The notes beneath the pieces were generated by a model. It saw only the letters and a list, made by a program, of their open reading frames with translations. It searched no databases and was not told the DNA's origin. Made by a program: the position numbers and the translations under genes. DNA of 64,000 nucleotides from Epiperipatus broadwayi (taxonomy: Eukaryota > Animalia > Onychophora), in NCBI GenBank assembly GCA_028023455.1, contig JAQFVV010000006.1:496001-560000 (forward strand). Direction: 5' to 3'. Of this stretch, positions 38,542-51,016 are shown piece after piece. Each line of letters starts with the position of its first letter. The first letter of the stretch is position 1.

Positions 38542-39274
38542 TAAACCACTAAACATCATGATAACCATTTCTAATGCTTGCTCATAATTGTTATTAAACA
38601 GGCAAAACTCTCCATACAGTAGTGCCACGCAGTCCTGGCCAGAGTGATCAATGAAATGGCAGAAGGCTTGTGCATAAAATCCTTATCTAATGCCTTCAAG
38701 TTAGTAACTAGTCTGGGGATATTGGATGAATAGGCACTAGATAGGAATTTTATGCACAAGCCTTCTGGCATCCATTGATTACTGGTTTGCACTGAGTGGT
38801 ACTACTGTATGGAGAGTTTTGCCTGTTTTAATAAACAGTTGTGAGCAAGCATGAGAAGTGGTGATCATATGATGTTTAGTCATTTAATACCAATCCTGCC
38901 TAATAGTATGGTTATCAAAGACACCAAAATATATGGGTACAGAACTGAATTCAGACCTATATTACTATATAAGCTAATGAGTTTGGATTGAAAATATTAT
39001 TGCGTTTTTAATTTTAGACTCGTAGTTTTGTAGTTAAATAGAGGTGAAAAGTGGCTGCTGGAGGGTTGCATTAGATCCTAAGATCTAGGTACAGTGCTCT
39101 GAGATCCAAGACTACTCACTGATGAAAGCCACAAGCTAGAAACTAGTCTGGGGATATTGGATGGGTAGGCACTAAAGAGAGATTTTATGCACAAACCTTC
39201 TGATATTCATTGATTACTCTGGCTTGCACTGAGTGGCTCTACTGTATGGAAAGTTTTACTTGTTTTAATAATGG
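38542..39274. mobile_element. Family A insertion: inverted arm plus ~1.3 tandem units
   Basis: GTC-tgggga sites at 38713 and 39148 (period 435 nt); inverted arm 38544-38697; 11-bp TSD atatgaattat at 38531-38541 and 39275-39285. Confidence 0.9.
39113..39154 (+). ncRNA. Minimal type I hammerhead ribozyme, family A, intact core
   Basis: actca-CTGATGA(39119-25)-a-AGC-cacaa-GCT-a-GAAA-CTAGTC-tgggga: core boxes intact, 3-bp stem II, palindromic ACTAGT stem III, stem I ctca/tggg; predicted GUC cut after 39148. Confidence 0.85.
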
Positions 39275-41287
39275 ATATGAATTATCCTGGCTTACGCTTT
39301 TATTTATGTTTGTCTTATTAATATCACCATATAGTATAAATCCTAAACAAAAATTATACACATTTTGAAAGAATTAATAGACTGAATTGGATCTGACTGA
39401 GTTGGTTATCAAAAAATTATAATAATAGATGGACAACTCAAGTTCTAAAATGGATGCCAAGAGATTATAATATATCCAGGGTGGGAATGGGATGTATAAT
39501 GGTTGGATAACAAAAGTTTGGTAAAGTGATACAGAGTCTTGTTTTGAAAAACAGGATTGAACCTTTCTCCAGTAAATTGCCAGTTATTGAAGTACTGGTG
39601 TGGAATCAAATCAGTATATCAAACTACTGATATGGACGAGATTTGATTTTGTGAACAGATAATGATGAAGGATTGATGGATAATCAAAACTTCAGGCTGT
39701 TTTTGAATATGTGGAATAATAAAGATTGCATTTGTATTGTGTAAAGTGCTTAGAGCAACCTGTTGAGTACTAGTATGATAGCCGGTACAGGCCGCTTGAT
39801 GGCGCCGCTTAGTAGACCAAATAACATAAATATGCCATTTAGTATTAAATGAATGATAGTTGCTATAATTCATTGTCAAAGTTAACATCAGAATCAATAA
39901 ACACTACTGTAGGGATTAATAATCCTAATTCTTAAGTAATATGGTTAAAAAAAACTGAAATTTTGTAACATTTTCCATAAGTCTGTTTAAGGTTAGTGTT
40001 CATTAATCACAGTATAGAACTGGTGTGTCTTTATCATTCATCAAATTAATAGATTTATACTGATTTTTGTTCTTATAACAAATCATTATTTTAATATAAA
40101 TACACTTTCAGACAGTTTAAAAAATCCTTAGATATATTTTTAAGTAATCAAATAAAAATATTATATTGCATAAACTGTCAGCTATTTTTTGGGATAATGA
40201 AATATTGTATTTGCATTGTATAAAGTGTTAGCATTATATTATGATTTATATTTATAGTCACAGGTCAGATAAAGAATTCATGCAATTTGATGTCGTTAAT
40301 TTAATGCATTGGCATCTGCCTAATACGTTAAGTATTACGGGATCTTTAGAGAAAGGCTGGTGCTAATTATCACTATATGGGAAATAAAAACAACTTATAT
40401 TGCATTGTTGACATTTATAATTCTTCTTACGGTATTCTGTAATCATACTGTGTCTTATATTGAGCTATTCTTTGTATCACATAATTAACCAAAATGATAG
40501 TTAGAACGAATAGGGGCAGATCCCTGTATACCTTGATGATGAAAAGCAGAATTAATCTAAGTGAGGTCATATGCTATTTGTAATCATATATTTACAATTT
40601 TATGGGTAGCAGTATTTATTGTTTGATGAAACTTAAACCACCATTAATGGTTTTACTATATTCAACAATTGTTTAATAAATGAATTTTCAGTAGTATAAC
40701 AAAATATACATGGAAGATATTTAATAAGCTCAAATAAATAACTGAAATATGGATGCAATCGAAATTGTTTAATAATATTTCTATCTTAAACGCTATTTGT
40801 TTTTATTTGCAAATATACTCAAATTTCATTTACAATGTTGAGAATATTTAATCCATTCAGTGTATAATACTTCTCAAGGTAATTTTAATTTGGGAAAAGA
40901 CCTCTCTCCACTGCCATTGGAATTCATTAAGGTATAATAAAGGAGATATATATTTGGAAAACTTTGCACCATATATTTTTCTTTAAATTTAATATCTCAA
41001 CCTGAGACTCCCCTGGGCTCAGGTGAAATAGTGTGTTAATCTGGTTCTGCCTACATTCTCAAGTTTGTTCATAGTTTTGGTTTGTTCACATAAATTTCAA
41101 AAAGTTTAATTATCACTAGAAATACTTAAGCTTACAGCAAATTTATTTTTCCTGTCACTAAAATTCAAATATAAATAATTCTAAAGCATTAAGTAGAAAG
41201 TCAGTTCTTTGTAGTCCTTTTTTCTTTTGAGTGGAAAAAATTTATTCACAATAATTAATGTTTCTTAAGAGCAACAATTTCTTCCTG

Positions 41288-41611
41288 CAGTAGTGCCACC
41301 AAGTGCAAGCTTTAGTAATCAATGGATGCAAGATTTGTCCATAAAAATCCCTTCCTGATGCCTACTCATCCAATATTCCCAGGCTAGTTTTTGGTTTGTG
41401 GCTTTCATCAATGAGGAGCCTTGAATTTGAGAGCACCAAACCTAGATCTTGGGATCCAATGCAACCCTCTAGAAGTCACCTTTTACCTATTTAACTATAA
41501 AGCTAGAAGCCCAAAAACCTTCTTGCCTCTTTCGGCTGATGACACTACTGTGTGGAGAGTTTGCTACTGTTATTGGCAGCCTATGTAAGCATATGAAATG
41601 ATGATCACATG
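41288..41611. mobile_element. Family A copy with decayed HHR and inverted arm
   Basis: Antisense unit 41288-41520 (cccaggctagtttttggtttgtggctttcatcaatgagg), then a sense arm cactactgtgtggagagtttg...gatcacatg. Confidence 0.8.
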
Positions 41612-43978
41612 AATTAATGTTTCAGTCAAACCTCATTGGCTATCCACATAATTAACTACCATATATTATTTTTGTGAATAATTTGTTTTTCGGTCAGAAG
41701 AAAAAGGAAGTATTTATCTTCATATTTATGGTTTATGATTATTTATAAATGGAAAATATTCCTCTACCGGATATCAACGAAAAAATTACCCCATGGAAAA
41801 TGCATAAAAAAACTATTAAGCAGATCAGTCTTGTTAATAATTCCAAGATATAGTTTCATCATCTAAGACTATCCAAATCTAGATTCCATTTGAATGTTCG
41901 ACCAAGAATCTACAATCAAAGAATGGAATTTTTGTGAGCGTCCAAGTAAATTTATTTTTTTTCATATCCAACCATAAAGTGAGCTGAATTTGGTCGTCTT
42001 AGACGCAATTGAAGTTCTTCAACAGATTCAGGACAGTTCATGGTTGTTGTGCTCATCTGCTTCCTAAATGGAATTTATCATTCCATAGTCTTTGTAAATG
42101 CGGACAAATCCAAACTATGAACCCCATCATTAATGATTGTCAGATTTAAGATTAACGTTAGTCAATCTATCTCCTTGTTGGAATCTCTATAAGCTTTTTT
42201 ATAATATCTATGGATAATAGGAAGTTTTATAAGTGGAAATGGTTTTGTAGTTTATATATAAATAAATACAATTTCAACTAGATTGTGATTGTTTCTGAAT
42301 GCGTTCGAAACAATTTCAAATTTTTATCATTGCGATATACTCAGCATAAATAAATAGTTATTGCTACATTACTTTTTAGAAATACATTTCGAAATATATA
42401 TAAACTATAATCAACTATATAATATATTTAAGTTACAATATTAAAAGTATAAGAACTGATGTCAAAAATACTGAATATTATTCAGTAAAAGTATATCTGG
42501 AATCACTATGCCATGAGTTCTTCCAGGTTTTGACCATTTATATCATAACTATTTGGCTCCAAGCTTTCACATGGACATCTCAGACATGCATATGTTTTTA
42601 GCATATACATTTGTAAACAGACCTACTGTACAATTTTTAAAAAAAAAACCTTTGTACTATTTACAATGCTTTATACAGTTTAATTATCTAAAAAATTAAT
42701 GTAATGCAATTGTGGCTTATAGTTCTGAAGAAAACTTATAGATGGTCGAAACAATAAAAAATAATTGAATAAAGTATTGTGGAGAATGCTAAAAAAAGGA
42801 GTAAAATTGTAGAGATTCATTTAATCCTTAAAGTGTATATATTAATTGACTAAAAATAATTGATAAAAAAATAGAATAATGCAGTTACGAAAAAGACATT
42901 ACCGTAATAAATTGAAATCATATGACTGGGTTCTTGAGATGAGGAAATGCCTGATTAAGAGCTGATTCATGAGACTGTTTGTACAGGCAGGTATATAGCA
43001 TGAACTTTATGAATTTCTCTTTTTATTTTAATTTATATTTTTATAAACTGTGGATAATGAACCTATGGACATAACGGTAAAACTTTAATTTCACCTTGTA
43101 CACCAAAAAAATTATTGCTGTATTTTTTTTTAAAAATTTAACTCTTCATAATTTGTTCACGATCCAAGAAAGTCATATTTAAATCTTCTGTTTCAATTTG
43201 GAGTTAAATCTAATTTTGCACTTGTTCATAAAGTACTGACTTTCCATTTTTTACAAAAACTATGTGATTTATTGGCTGAAATGTTCTTGCCTAAGCTTGA
43301 TTTCTCACCTAGAATTGTAGATGTTGTTTTTTCTGTGTGTCTTTTGTGAGAGCTGCATCATACTTTATTCGTTTTATTTTTGACAGCCTTCAGTCATCTG
43401 ACTAACCTAATTTATTCTGGAAGAACTTAAAAATTGCTCACTCCTAAACTAGAGAACAGTTATTTGCAGAAGTTAATCCTGTATTTGCTCTAAATAGCAG
43501 CAGTTAGGAAGTCATTTGATTCTTTCGTTCATGGGATGATAATTTTTATTTCCTCTTCAAAGTCATTGATCATTTTTCTCTTGCCTCTTTTGTATCCAGG
43601 TTCAAGATAAGCAATAAATATTAAGATCAAACGAAAACGTGAATAAACAAATGTAAGCTACATATCATTATATAAGGAAAACATTATAATAAAGATATAT
43701 TTAAAAAGATATACTTTTTTGTATCAATTGTTAAAGAATTACTATACAGAAACAGAATTAAACCCAATAAAAACCACAGTATCTTTGTGATGGTCATAGG
43801 ATCGATGTACTCTAGTATCCCTAGAATTAAAAATATTAGTATCGTCATAAAGGCTTTATCTCTATATATCAATGATGTTAACATAATTAGTATTATAAAT
43901 GAAGTAGTGAACCTAATAAATAATAGTTTATATTTTAAATATAATAACGAATATTGAAGTATAAATAAGGGATGGGTA

Positions 43979-44575
43979 ATGGGATGCACAATTAGTGGGC
44001 TTATGGCATATATGTTCATTAATGACATAGAAATCAATATTATAAAAGGCAGTATAATTAAAAAAGAAGTAATACATTATTTTAGATATGTAGATGATAG
44101 TTTGATAATTGGTAATAAAAGGGCAATATATAAATTATATAAACAATTTAATAATAATGTTGATAATCTTAGGTTTACTATGAAAGAAATTGATAATGAA
44201 ATAACGTATTTAGATATTGAAATTATTTTAAATCAAAATAATGATATTATAATTAAGCATTTTATTAAAGATGATAAATTAAGGAAAATTATATACATAG
44301 ATTCAAAACAACCATGGATACAAAAGATGAGTGTAATAAAGAATTTTAAATATAAGAATGATAGATTTAATACAGATGGAAATATTGTTATGCTACAGAA
44401 GGATAAATTTAAACAAACATATATGGGATATGGATATGCGACGCATAATATTGACGATATATTTTCACAACATAACATAAATAGCACCAATAATAATGGA
44501 TGTAGGACTAATAAACAAAAGAAATGGATGAAAATTTCAGTTTTGTCTAGTGTATATAATATATCAAATAAATAA
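43979..44575 (+). pseudogene. Penelope-type reverse transcriptase C-terminal half (open fragment)
   Basis: 198-aa ORF with MG..ISGLMA and YFRYVDD; the upstream in-frame part is interrupted by TGA. Confidence 0.85.
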
Positions 44576-44637
44576 GTAAAAATTATATAGATAAAAACAT
44601 TTATGTGAGATGGGCTAATAGCAAAAATTTAGATAAA

Positions 44638-44736
44638 TTGCCGAGAGGTCATCGCAGCTGCCTTGCAAGCAAGTAATTGGTTGCGGATGGTTGTGGGTTC
44701 GCGTCCTGGCTGATGCTATGACATATGGAAAAAAAA
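44638..44736 (+). mobile_element. tRNA-derived SINE-like fragment inserted in the Penelope element
   Basis: GC-rich island in AT-rich ORF context with A-box-like GCCGAGAGG, B-box-like GGGTTCGCGTCC and an A-run 3' end. Confidence 0.55.
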
Positions 44737-45981
44737 GATGACATAGATTATGAGAGGAGTGGTTTATAAAATTAATGTAATTTTTGTAATATGGTTTACT
44801 ATGACCAGACAGCAAAGCAATTGGGAGAAAGAGTTAAAGAACACGATGCTATTGCTAGGAAAGATAATAGATCTGCGTTATACGTTCATTATTTGCAGTA
44901 CGAACATAAAATAAAATTAATGTAATTTTTGTAATATGGTTTACTATGACCAGACGGCAAAGCAATTGGGAGAAAGAGTTAAAGAACACGATGCTATTGC
45001 TAGGAAAGATAATAGATCTGCATTATACGTTCATTATTTGCAGTACGAACATAAAATAAATTGTATTGATAATATGTGTTCTAGATTATATTAAAAATGT
45101 TAATAGACATAAAATATATGAAACAAACTATATCATGTATAATAAAAACAATTGTATGAATATATACATAACATCCATTAAGTGGTTAATTGATAAAGAA
45201 TGGATAGTTAATTAATTAATATATGTGGCTATATATCCATTCATTATATATAATAGGGTAATTTTGTAGTATGATTGAATAAATATCATGTAATAGATCA
45301 TGTCAGATATCCATTTGTTTATCTGTCTTTTTTCATATATTGATATAGATGGCGCTGTATGTACTTTAAATCATGGTATTCTGGAGACGTATTGAAACGG
45401 GCAAAAAATATAATTTGCCGAAAATATAATTTGTATAATCTTTGTTGCTTGTAGATATGTATTTTTTAATATATTTTTGACTATTTCAATCAATATAAAA
45501 TGAATGATATTATCACTAGATAAAAAAGGTTGCTATTTTCCAAATCTCATTTCATAATGGTGAGTTCATTAGTAGATTAAATTTGCAATTTGACTCGGAA
45601 AGACGTTTTCATAAATGTATTTTATAATGTGTGAAACTTGAATTAGTTATGTAAATTAATTTGATTATTTATAAATATATACATTTAAATTAACACTATA
45701 TATGATTTATTTATTACATTTTTCTATTCAATTTTTTTTTCCGCACTATTTTATCTGTATTTAAAAACTTGAAAAATCTATTTTTACAAACTTGAATATA
45801 GTGCTTTTTTATAATCTTCACTTTTATTTCATTAACAGTTTCAATTAAACAAAAAAGTAATTTTAATACAAATATTAAAATTCAATATTAATATATTATT
45901 TTTTAGTTCTGATGTAGACTTTGTATCAGTCAAAATTGTTACTAAAATATAATCAAAGATTTAACAAAAAAAAAAAAATCA

Positions 45982-46158
45982 ATAATCTTCACATAATCAC
46001 CATTTCTTATGCTTGCTCATAACTATTATTAAAACAGGTAAGACTCTCTGTAGCCACTCAGTGCAAGCCATAGTAATCCATGCACAAGCCTTCTGATATT
46101 CATTGATTACTCTGGCTTGCACTGAGCGGCAATACGTATAGAGAGTTTTGCCTGTTTT
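45982..46158. mobile_element. Family A short fold-back copy (no HHR)
   Basis: Arms aaaacagg..gccactcagtgcaagcc / ggcttgcactgagcggc..gagagttttgcctgtttt; TSD A11-TCA at 45968-45981 and 46159-46172. Confidence 0.8.
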
Positions 46159-48632
46159 AAAAAAAAAAATCATTGTATTTAATTACATAGAAATGAATTT
46201 TGCAAGCTTTTAGAATTCATTGAATATAAATTGTATCTTAGGAGACAAAGTTCATAATTTTATTTCATTAAAAATAAATCATAGAATTAGCACTTAATAA
46301 TTTTAGGTGAATGACTAAAGTTACTACCCATGCATAAATCATTTTTTGTCTAGGGCCCAAACGTATTTTTAGTATATACTAAAATTACATCGTTTTGAGT
46401 TATTTTGTATAAAAAAAATTAAAGTAATAATTCTTACCAAAAAAAAAAAAAAAAACTTGGAAAAATAATACTTTGCGACAATTATCTAATGAATAATCAA
46501 TGAAACATAAGTTCATATTTATGTAAAATATTAGATTTTTCGATTTAGTCTTCTAACCATAATGCACTTTAAAGATTACATTTTTTTTTTAATGAAATTA
46601 TGTGAAAATTGTGACTCATATTGAGAAAGCGGCACACATTTACATTTAATTAGTTACAGATTAAAAACAACCATTATTTTCCAAAAGGAATGTCTGTAAA
46701 GCTTCTTTAATGCAGTATTTCAAAATAATAATATAACTAAATATTAAGGTCACAATAGTCTTTCTTATAAGATAATTGTGCCTTGGGATATATAAAATTA
46801 GTATTCCATAATCTTCTACACAAATGAGACTTTTTTGTAAGTATCAAAAGTATATAAGTTTGTACTCTGATGTTTAAGAAGGCAGGTATTTGGTGTTTAA
46901 GTATCAATTTGGCTAAATAAGATTTTTTTTTCCCTAAATGGGAACCTGTCTATCAGCCTTGGCTTTTAGACTTCACTCTGTGCTTAAACCACACAGCAAA
47001 TATATATATATATAGATATTAATATTTGATCAGGAAATTCTGTGACATATGAGCACAAAGTCGTGATCACTAGTAATCAATCCAGCAATCTTTAATTCTC
47101 AACTCTGCTCCTCTATTGTATTGCAAAGCTGTAATGTCAAAAATGAACATGAAAAGGCCGTTAAAGATGGATATTAAATTGACGGTAATATGGCTACATG
47201 CAATATACACTAAACGATTATGTTGAACATAGTATCCATAATCTTTATTGAAAGGAAGTCATATTAATTTAACAAATATAGTAATGAGTATTTGAAATTC
47301 TATGATCATGGAAGAGGAAAGTATTCTTTATTATAATCCCAGCCATTTGATATTTTAAACACTCTATGCACAGGTAATACATTATAATTAGTTATGAATA
47401 TCAGTAGTAAAAGGAATATCTACTTTCTTTTATTTTAGTGTATAGTTAATTCACAGTCTTAACAATTAATTTGATTCTTCTAAGTTGTTCAAAATCTTGT
47501 TTCACTCTTATGGCATTGCCATATAAATCTTTAAAAAATCACACTGTCTAATGCACTTCCCATAATGTTTTATTTTTTGTTTCAATTGTTTAGCAGTCTT
47601 CTTCAGATCTCTACACAATTTTTTTTTATATAGACATGCAATAACTTCAATATATATATATATAACAACCTCAGCATTTGCTCTCCATGTTTAATTAGAA
47701 TAAATATTAATTATATAGAATTTTAAATTCAATTTTTAAAAGTGTTATTCTACGCCAAGCACTGACCATTGCATAGATTTCTCAAATACTCTAATCATAT
47801 CGACATGTAACGATCATCATCAAAGGGTATGTAGGGAGTCTATAGAAATTTTTAAACACCAAATTATATTAACCAATGTGATGAAATAAAGTTGCCATGT
47901 ATACGGATCAGTATCTTTACACAAATGAAAGAAAACGCCTCGAATTTAAGAGAACTATTCAACAACCATAGAACACTATTATTATCTCTGCAACGACCAT
48001 GTGATTGCTATTTTATCCTGTTGAGAGAAATTATCTTGTCAAAACTGCAGTATTTTACTTTTCTTTTATTAAACAAAGTTGCTTCTGAAAACATTTATAA
48101 AATAGCTTTTGCCCTTGAAAACGTTCGTTTTAAAATATATATATATATATGTACTTATTATTTATTACGATTACTTATTTAAAAATTTAAATATATATAT
48201 ATCTTGAGCAATTTCCATGAATTAAAAATTGAAAAATATAATTATATATTCATCCAGAAACACTATATATTATATATCTACATTTACTACAATTTATTGA
48301 GATATATTAAAATATTTAATATTTTAACTTATGTTATTTTACTAATATATACATTGCTAATATCGTAATAATTTAAAAGAATATGGCATGGGTAGATATT
48401 TATAATTTTTTCCTTAATATGTTCGCATTTACATATATTTTATTTTGGGAATTTATGGACATATATATAATAGGCTTAAAATATTTCTAAATAGTAGTAA
48501 ATATATATGTATGTATCAGAAAATATTGCAGAGCTTAGTTGTATGTAATTGGATTGGAAGTAATTGGACCACCTCCTAAGCTATTGTCCATCAGTTATGA
48601 AAAGGTAAAATAATACCAATCTCTCCTTTAGA

Positions 48633-48852
48633 TTTAAAACAGGTAAACCTCTCCATACAGTAGCGCCACTCAGTGCAAGCCAGAGTAATCAATGGATGCC
48701 AGAAGGCTTGTGCATAAAATTTCTATATAGTGCCTATTCATCCAATATCCCCAGACGATTACTCTGCCTTGCACTGAGTGGCACTACTGTTTGGAGAGTT
48801 TTGCCTGTTTTAATAAGTTATGAGCAAGCATAAAAAATAGTGATCATGTGAT
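48633..48852. mobile_element. Family A fold-back copy broken at the hammerhead cleavage triplet
   Basis: The antisense arm ends ccaatatccccagac and switches directly into the sense arm gattactctgccttgcactgagtggc. Confidence 0.85.
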
Positions 48853-48965
48853 CCTTTATATTTGTTTGTATTTAAACTTAGTTGATTGTTGTCGTTCTAA
48901 ATTGAAGAGTGAAATTTTCCTATCTTAATTTCAGTATCGAATAAATAACCTGAAGTCATTATTTT

Positions 48966-49493
48966 AAGGCAGAGCTCCAGTTTTAACAATCTCCAAATGC
49001 CAAATGGAACATCAGTTTGATAAATGTAACAATAAATATTGGTAACTTAACTATATTTTAATTGGAATGAAATAACTTGGACTCCCACTGACCTATGTAA
49101 ATGTCAATCAAGAGTGAAAAGATAGAGTAATACCAATGTATCCATTAGTTTTGTTGATATTTAAATGTAGTTAAATACCAGCAAAACTAAAGAATAGTTT
49201 GGTAGCTGAGTGAACGGACTCTTTCTGTGTTTTATCATAGAAAGAAGGCTATTGGCTTGGCTGCTACCGCAGAAAAGGCATATTTCTAGCAATTTAGGGA
49301 GAAATAGCACCATCAAGCGGCTGACACAATAGAACACAACACTACCATTGATTGACATTTACATAGGTTAGTGGAGGTCACAATTACTTTTATTCCAACT
49401 ACGTATAATTAAACTATGAATATTTATTATTACATTTATTAAAACTGACGTTTTATTTGATATTTGGAGGTTATTAAAACTGGGGCTCTGCTT
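48966..49493. mobile_element. MITE-like element with nested inverted repeats
   Basis: Outer arms 48966-48998 / 49462-49493; inner arms ~49063-49116 / ~49343-49398; further copy of the inner arm at ~49640-49700. Confidence 0.65.
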
Positions 49494-49932
49494 TGAACCT
49501 ATGAATATTTAAATCGTGATTACAGATTATTTATTCTGTACATGTATTAAAATAATAGAAAATTTCATTCCCTAATTTAGAATAATTAAATACTAATAAA
49601 GTTAAAGGATAGATTAGTATTATTCAATCTTTTCATAGTTGATTAACATTTACATAACTCAGTGAGAGGTCCAATTACTTGTTCTTCAATTACATATACG
49701 TATGTATGTATGTGTAAAAGTAGATGTATATAAAATAAGGTTGTAGGTTATGTAAAAAAAAATAATGGATACTTTTGTTTTTTTTAATATCTGAGGAAGT
49801 TGAAACTGTCAAATTATTTAAAAGCATTGTGGAAAATGCATTAGGAAGTGTGTGGTGTTTTACAAAACAATTAAATTTGTATATAAATGATTAATGTCTA
49901 TAAATGCAGTAATGTTTATGTATTTTATTTAG

Positions 49933-50085
49933 GTTATCGTTCTCGGTCTGCATTTAAATTGGTCCAATTAAATCGGAAATTTGAGTTTTTACAAAAGTCT
50001 AGGGTTCTTATTGATTTGTGTGCAGCACCAGGAGGATGGTTACAAGTGGCATCCAAATTTATGCCCATTTCAAGTTTAATTATTG
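49933..50085 (+). CDS. FTSJ3: FTSJ3 exon 2 ([51 protein letters not shown])
   Basis: FtsJ SAM-binding motif DLCAAPGGW; AG/GT boundaries; 153 nt. Confidence 0.97.
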
Positions 50086-50162
50086 GTAAATTTTTATTCA
50101 TTTATTTTTGTTTTGATATGTTATACTCCTTAAAAATAAACATACATTTTTTTATTATTCAG

Positions 50163-50242
50163 GTGTGGATTTGGTATCTATTAAATCTTTACCTAATGTT
50201 ATTACTTTGGAAGAAGATATAACCACAGTCAGGTGTAGACAG
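50163..50242 (+). CDS. FTSJ3: FTSJ3 exon 3 ([26 protein letters not shown])
   Basis: GVDL and DITT motifs of the FtsJ family; 77-nt intron upstream; donor at 50243. Confidence 0.95.
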
Positions 50243-50660
50243 GTAATATCAGATGTAATTCGATAATATATTACTAGACGGTATAAATATTATTTAAAAA
50301 TTCGCTTTAGCCTATAATATTTTGATAACTGCATATTTTACTAAATTGTTATCATACACAGGGAGTCACGTATTTACAATAACTAATCAGTTTCATTTTG
50401 AAGTGGTTCAAAGTAGAATAGTTAATATATTTGCTTATCATTCTTTAACTTAATCTATTCATATATGTGAGAATGATTTTTTGTTTATACCTTATCTAGT
50501 AGCAAAAATTGGATTTTTATTATTTACCTTGCAATTTTTTCTCTATAACTTTTTTCAATAAAATTTTTCTCCGGTTCACTTTTTTTTTCAAATTCTTTGT
50601 TAGGACCTTTTTGTATCCAATGGATTCTCAATATCTTTCTGCAACACATTCATTCAAACA

Positions 50661-50722
50661 TTGAGATTCTTCTCATTGAATATGTTTATCTTTGAGATTC
50701 TTCTCATTGAATATGTTTATCT
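50661..50722. repeat. 31-bp tandem duplication
   Basis: ttgagattcttctcattgaatatgtttatct twice. Confidence 0.9.
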
Positions 50723-50814
50723 TCATCCGTATTTAAGTCATCGTCAAAATAGGATATAAGATGTTATATACAATAGCCAAATTCTGAATTGTAATCTATG
50801 AAAATACAAGACTC

Positions 50815-50852
50815 AAATAAACGGTTTCGAGGGCACTCCCTTCATCAGCTGT
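50815..50852 (-). ncRNA. Hammerhead-like motif, family B (Penelope pseudo-LTR type)
   Basis: Minus strand cag-CTGATGA-AGGG-agtg-CCCT-c-GAAA-ccgtt; a homologous copy at 3232-3261 shares the flanks (aatacaagactcaaa...cccttcatcagctgt on plus). Confidence 0.6.
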
Positions 50853-51016
50853 GACAAACCCTAAATATCACTAACCACAAATCAGAATAGGTTCAATATT
50901 ACATATATTAAGCAGAATTTTTTTATTAAAACTGTCAATAATGAAATATGATTATTAAATATTTGCTTTTTTGTAGGCATTACCTTCACACTTCAAAATC
51001 AAGCAAGTAAAATCTA

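Larger units (their letters stand above)
43690..45460 (+). mobile_element. Degenerate, 5'-truncated Penelope-like retroelement (RT + GIY-YIG)
   Basis: PLE RT motifs SMYSSIP, YFKYNNEY, G.VMGCTISGLMAYMF, YFRYVDD, ITYLDIEI; downstream GIY-YIG-like YKI.CNFCNMVYY.QT.KQL.ERVKEH...SALY.HY with stops and frameshifts; AT-rich 3' region with decayed ctggaga-cgtattg-aaac motif at 45381. Confidence 0.88.

Noticed and set aside
2555-38792. Recurrent small ORFs containing MPEGLCIKS (2555-2740, 5555-5761, 38571-38792)
   Set aside because: They are readings of the strand antisense to the family A ribozyme; starts, ends and frames differ between copies and no domain is recognisable.
41537-41570. Apparent extra hammerhead CTGATGA-CACAC-tact-GTGTG-GAGA
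   Set aside because: GAGA instead of GAAA, no stem III, and it straddles an inversion junction; the 3' part is ordinary family A sequence.
41830-42140. Possible pogo-like transposase remnant (LIVDSWS on minus)
   Set aside because: One short motif amid stops; insufficient support.
43684-44037. Hydrophobic 117-aa minus-strand ORF (also 44233-44490, 13008-13307, 61240-61674, 59193-59522)
   Set aside because: Shadow ORFs antisense to A-rich transposon coding sequence.
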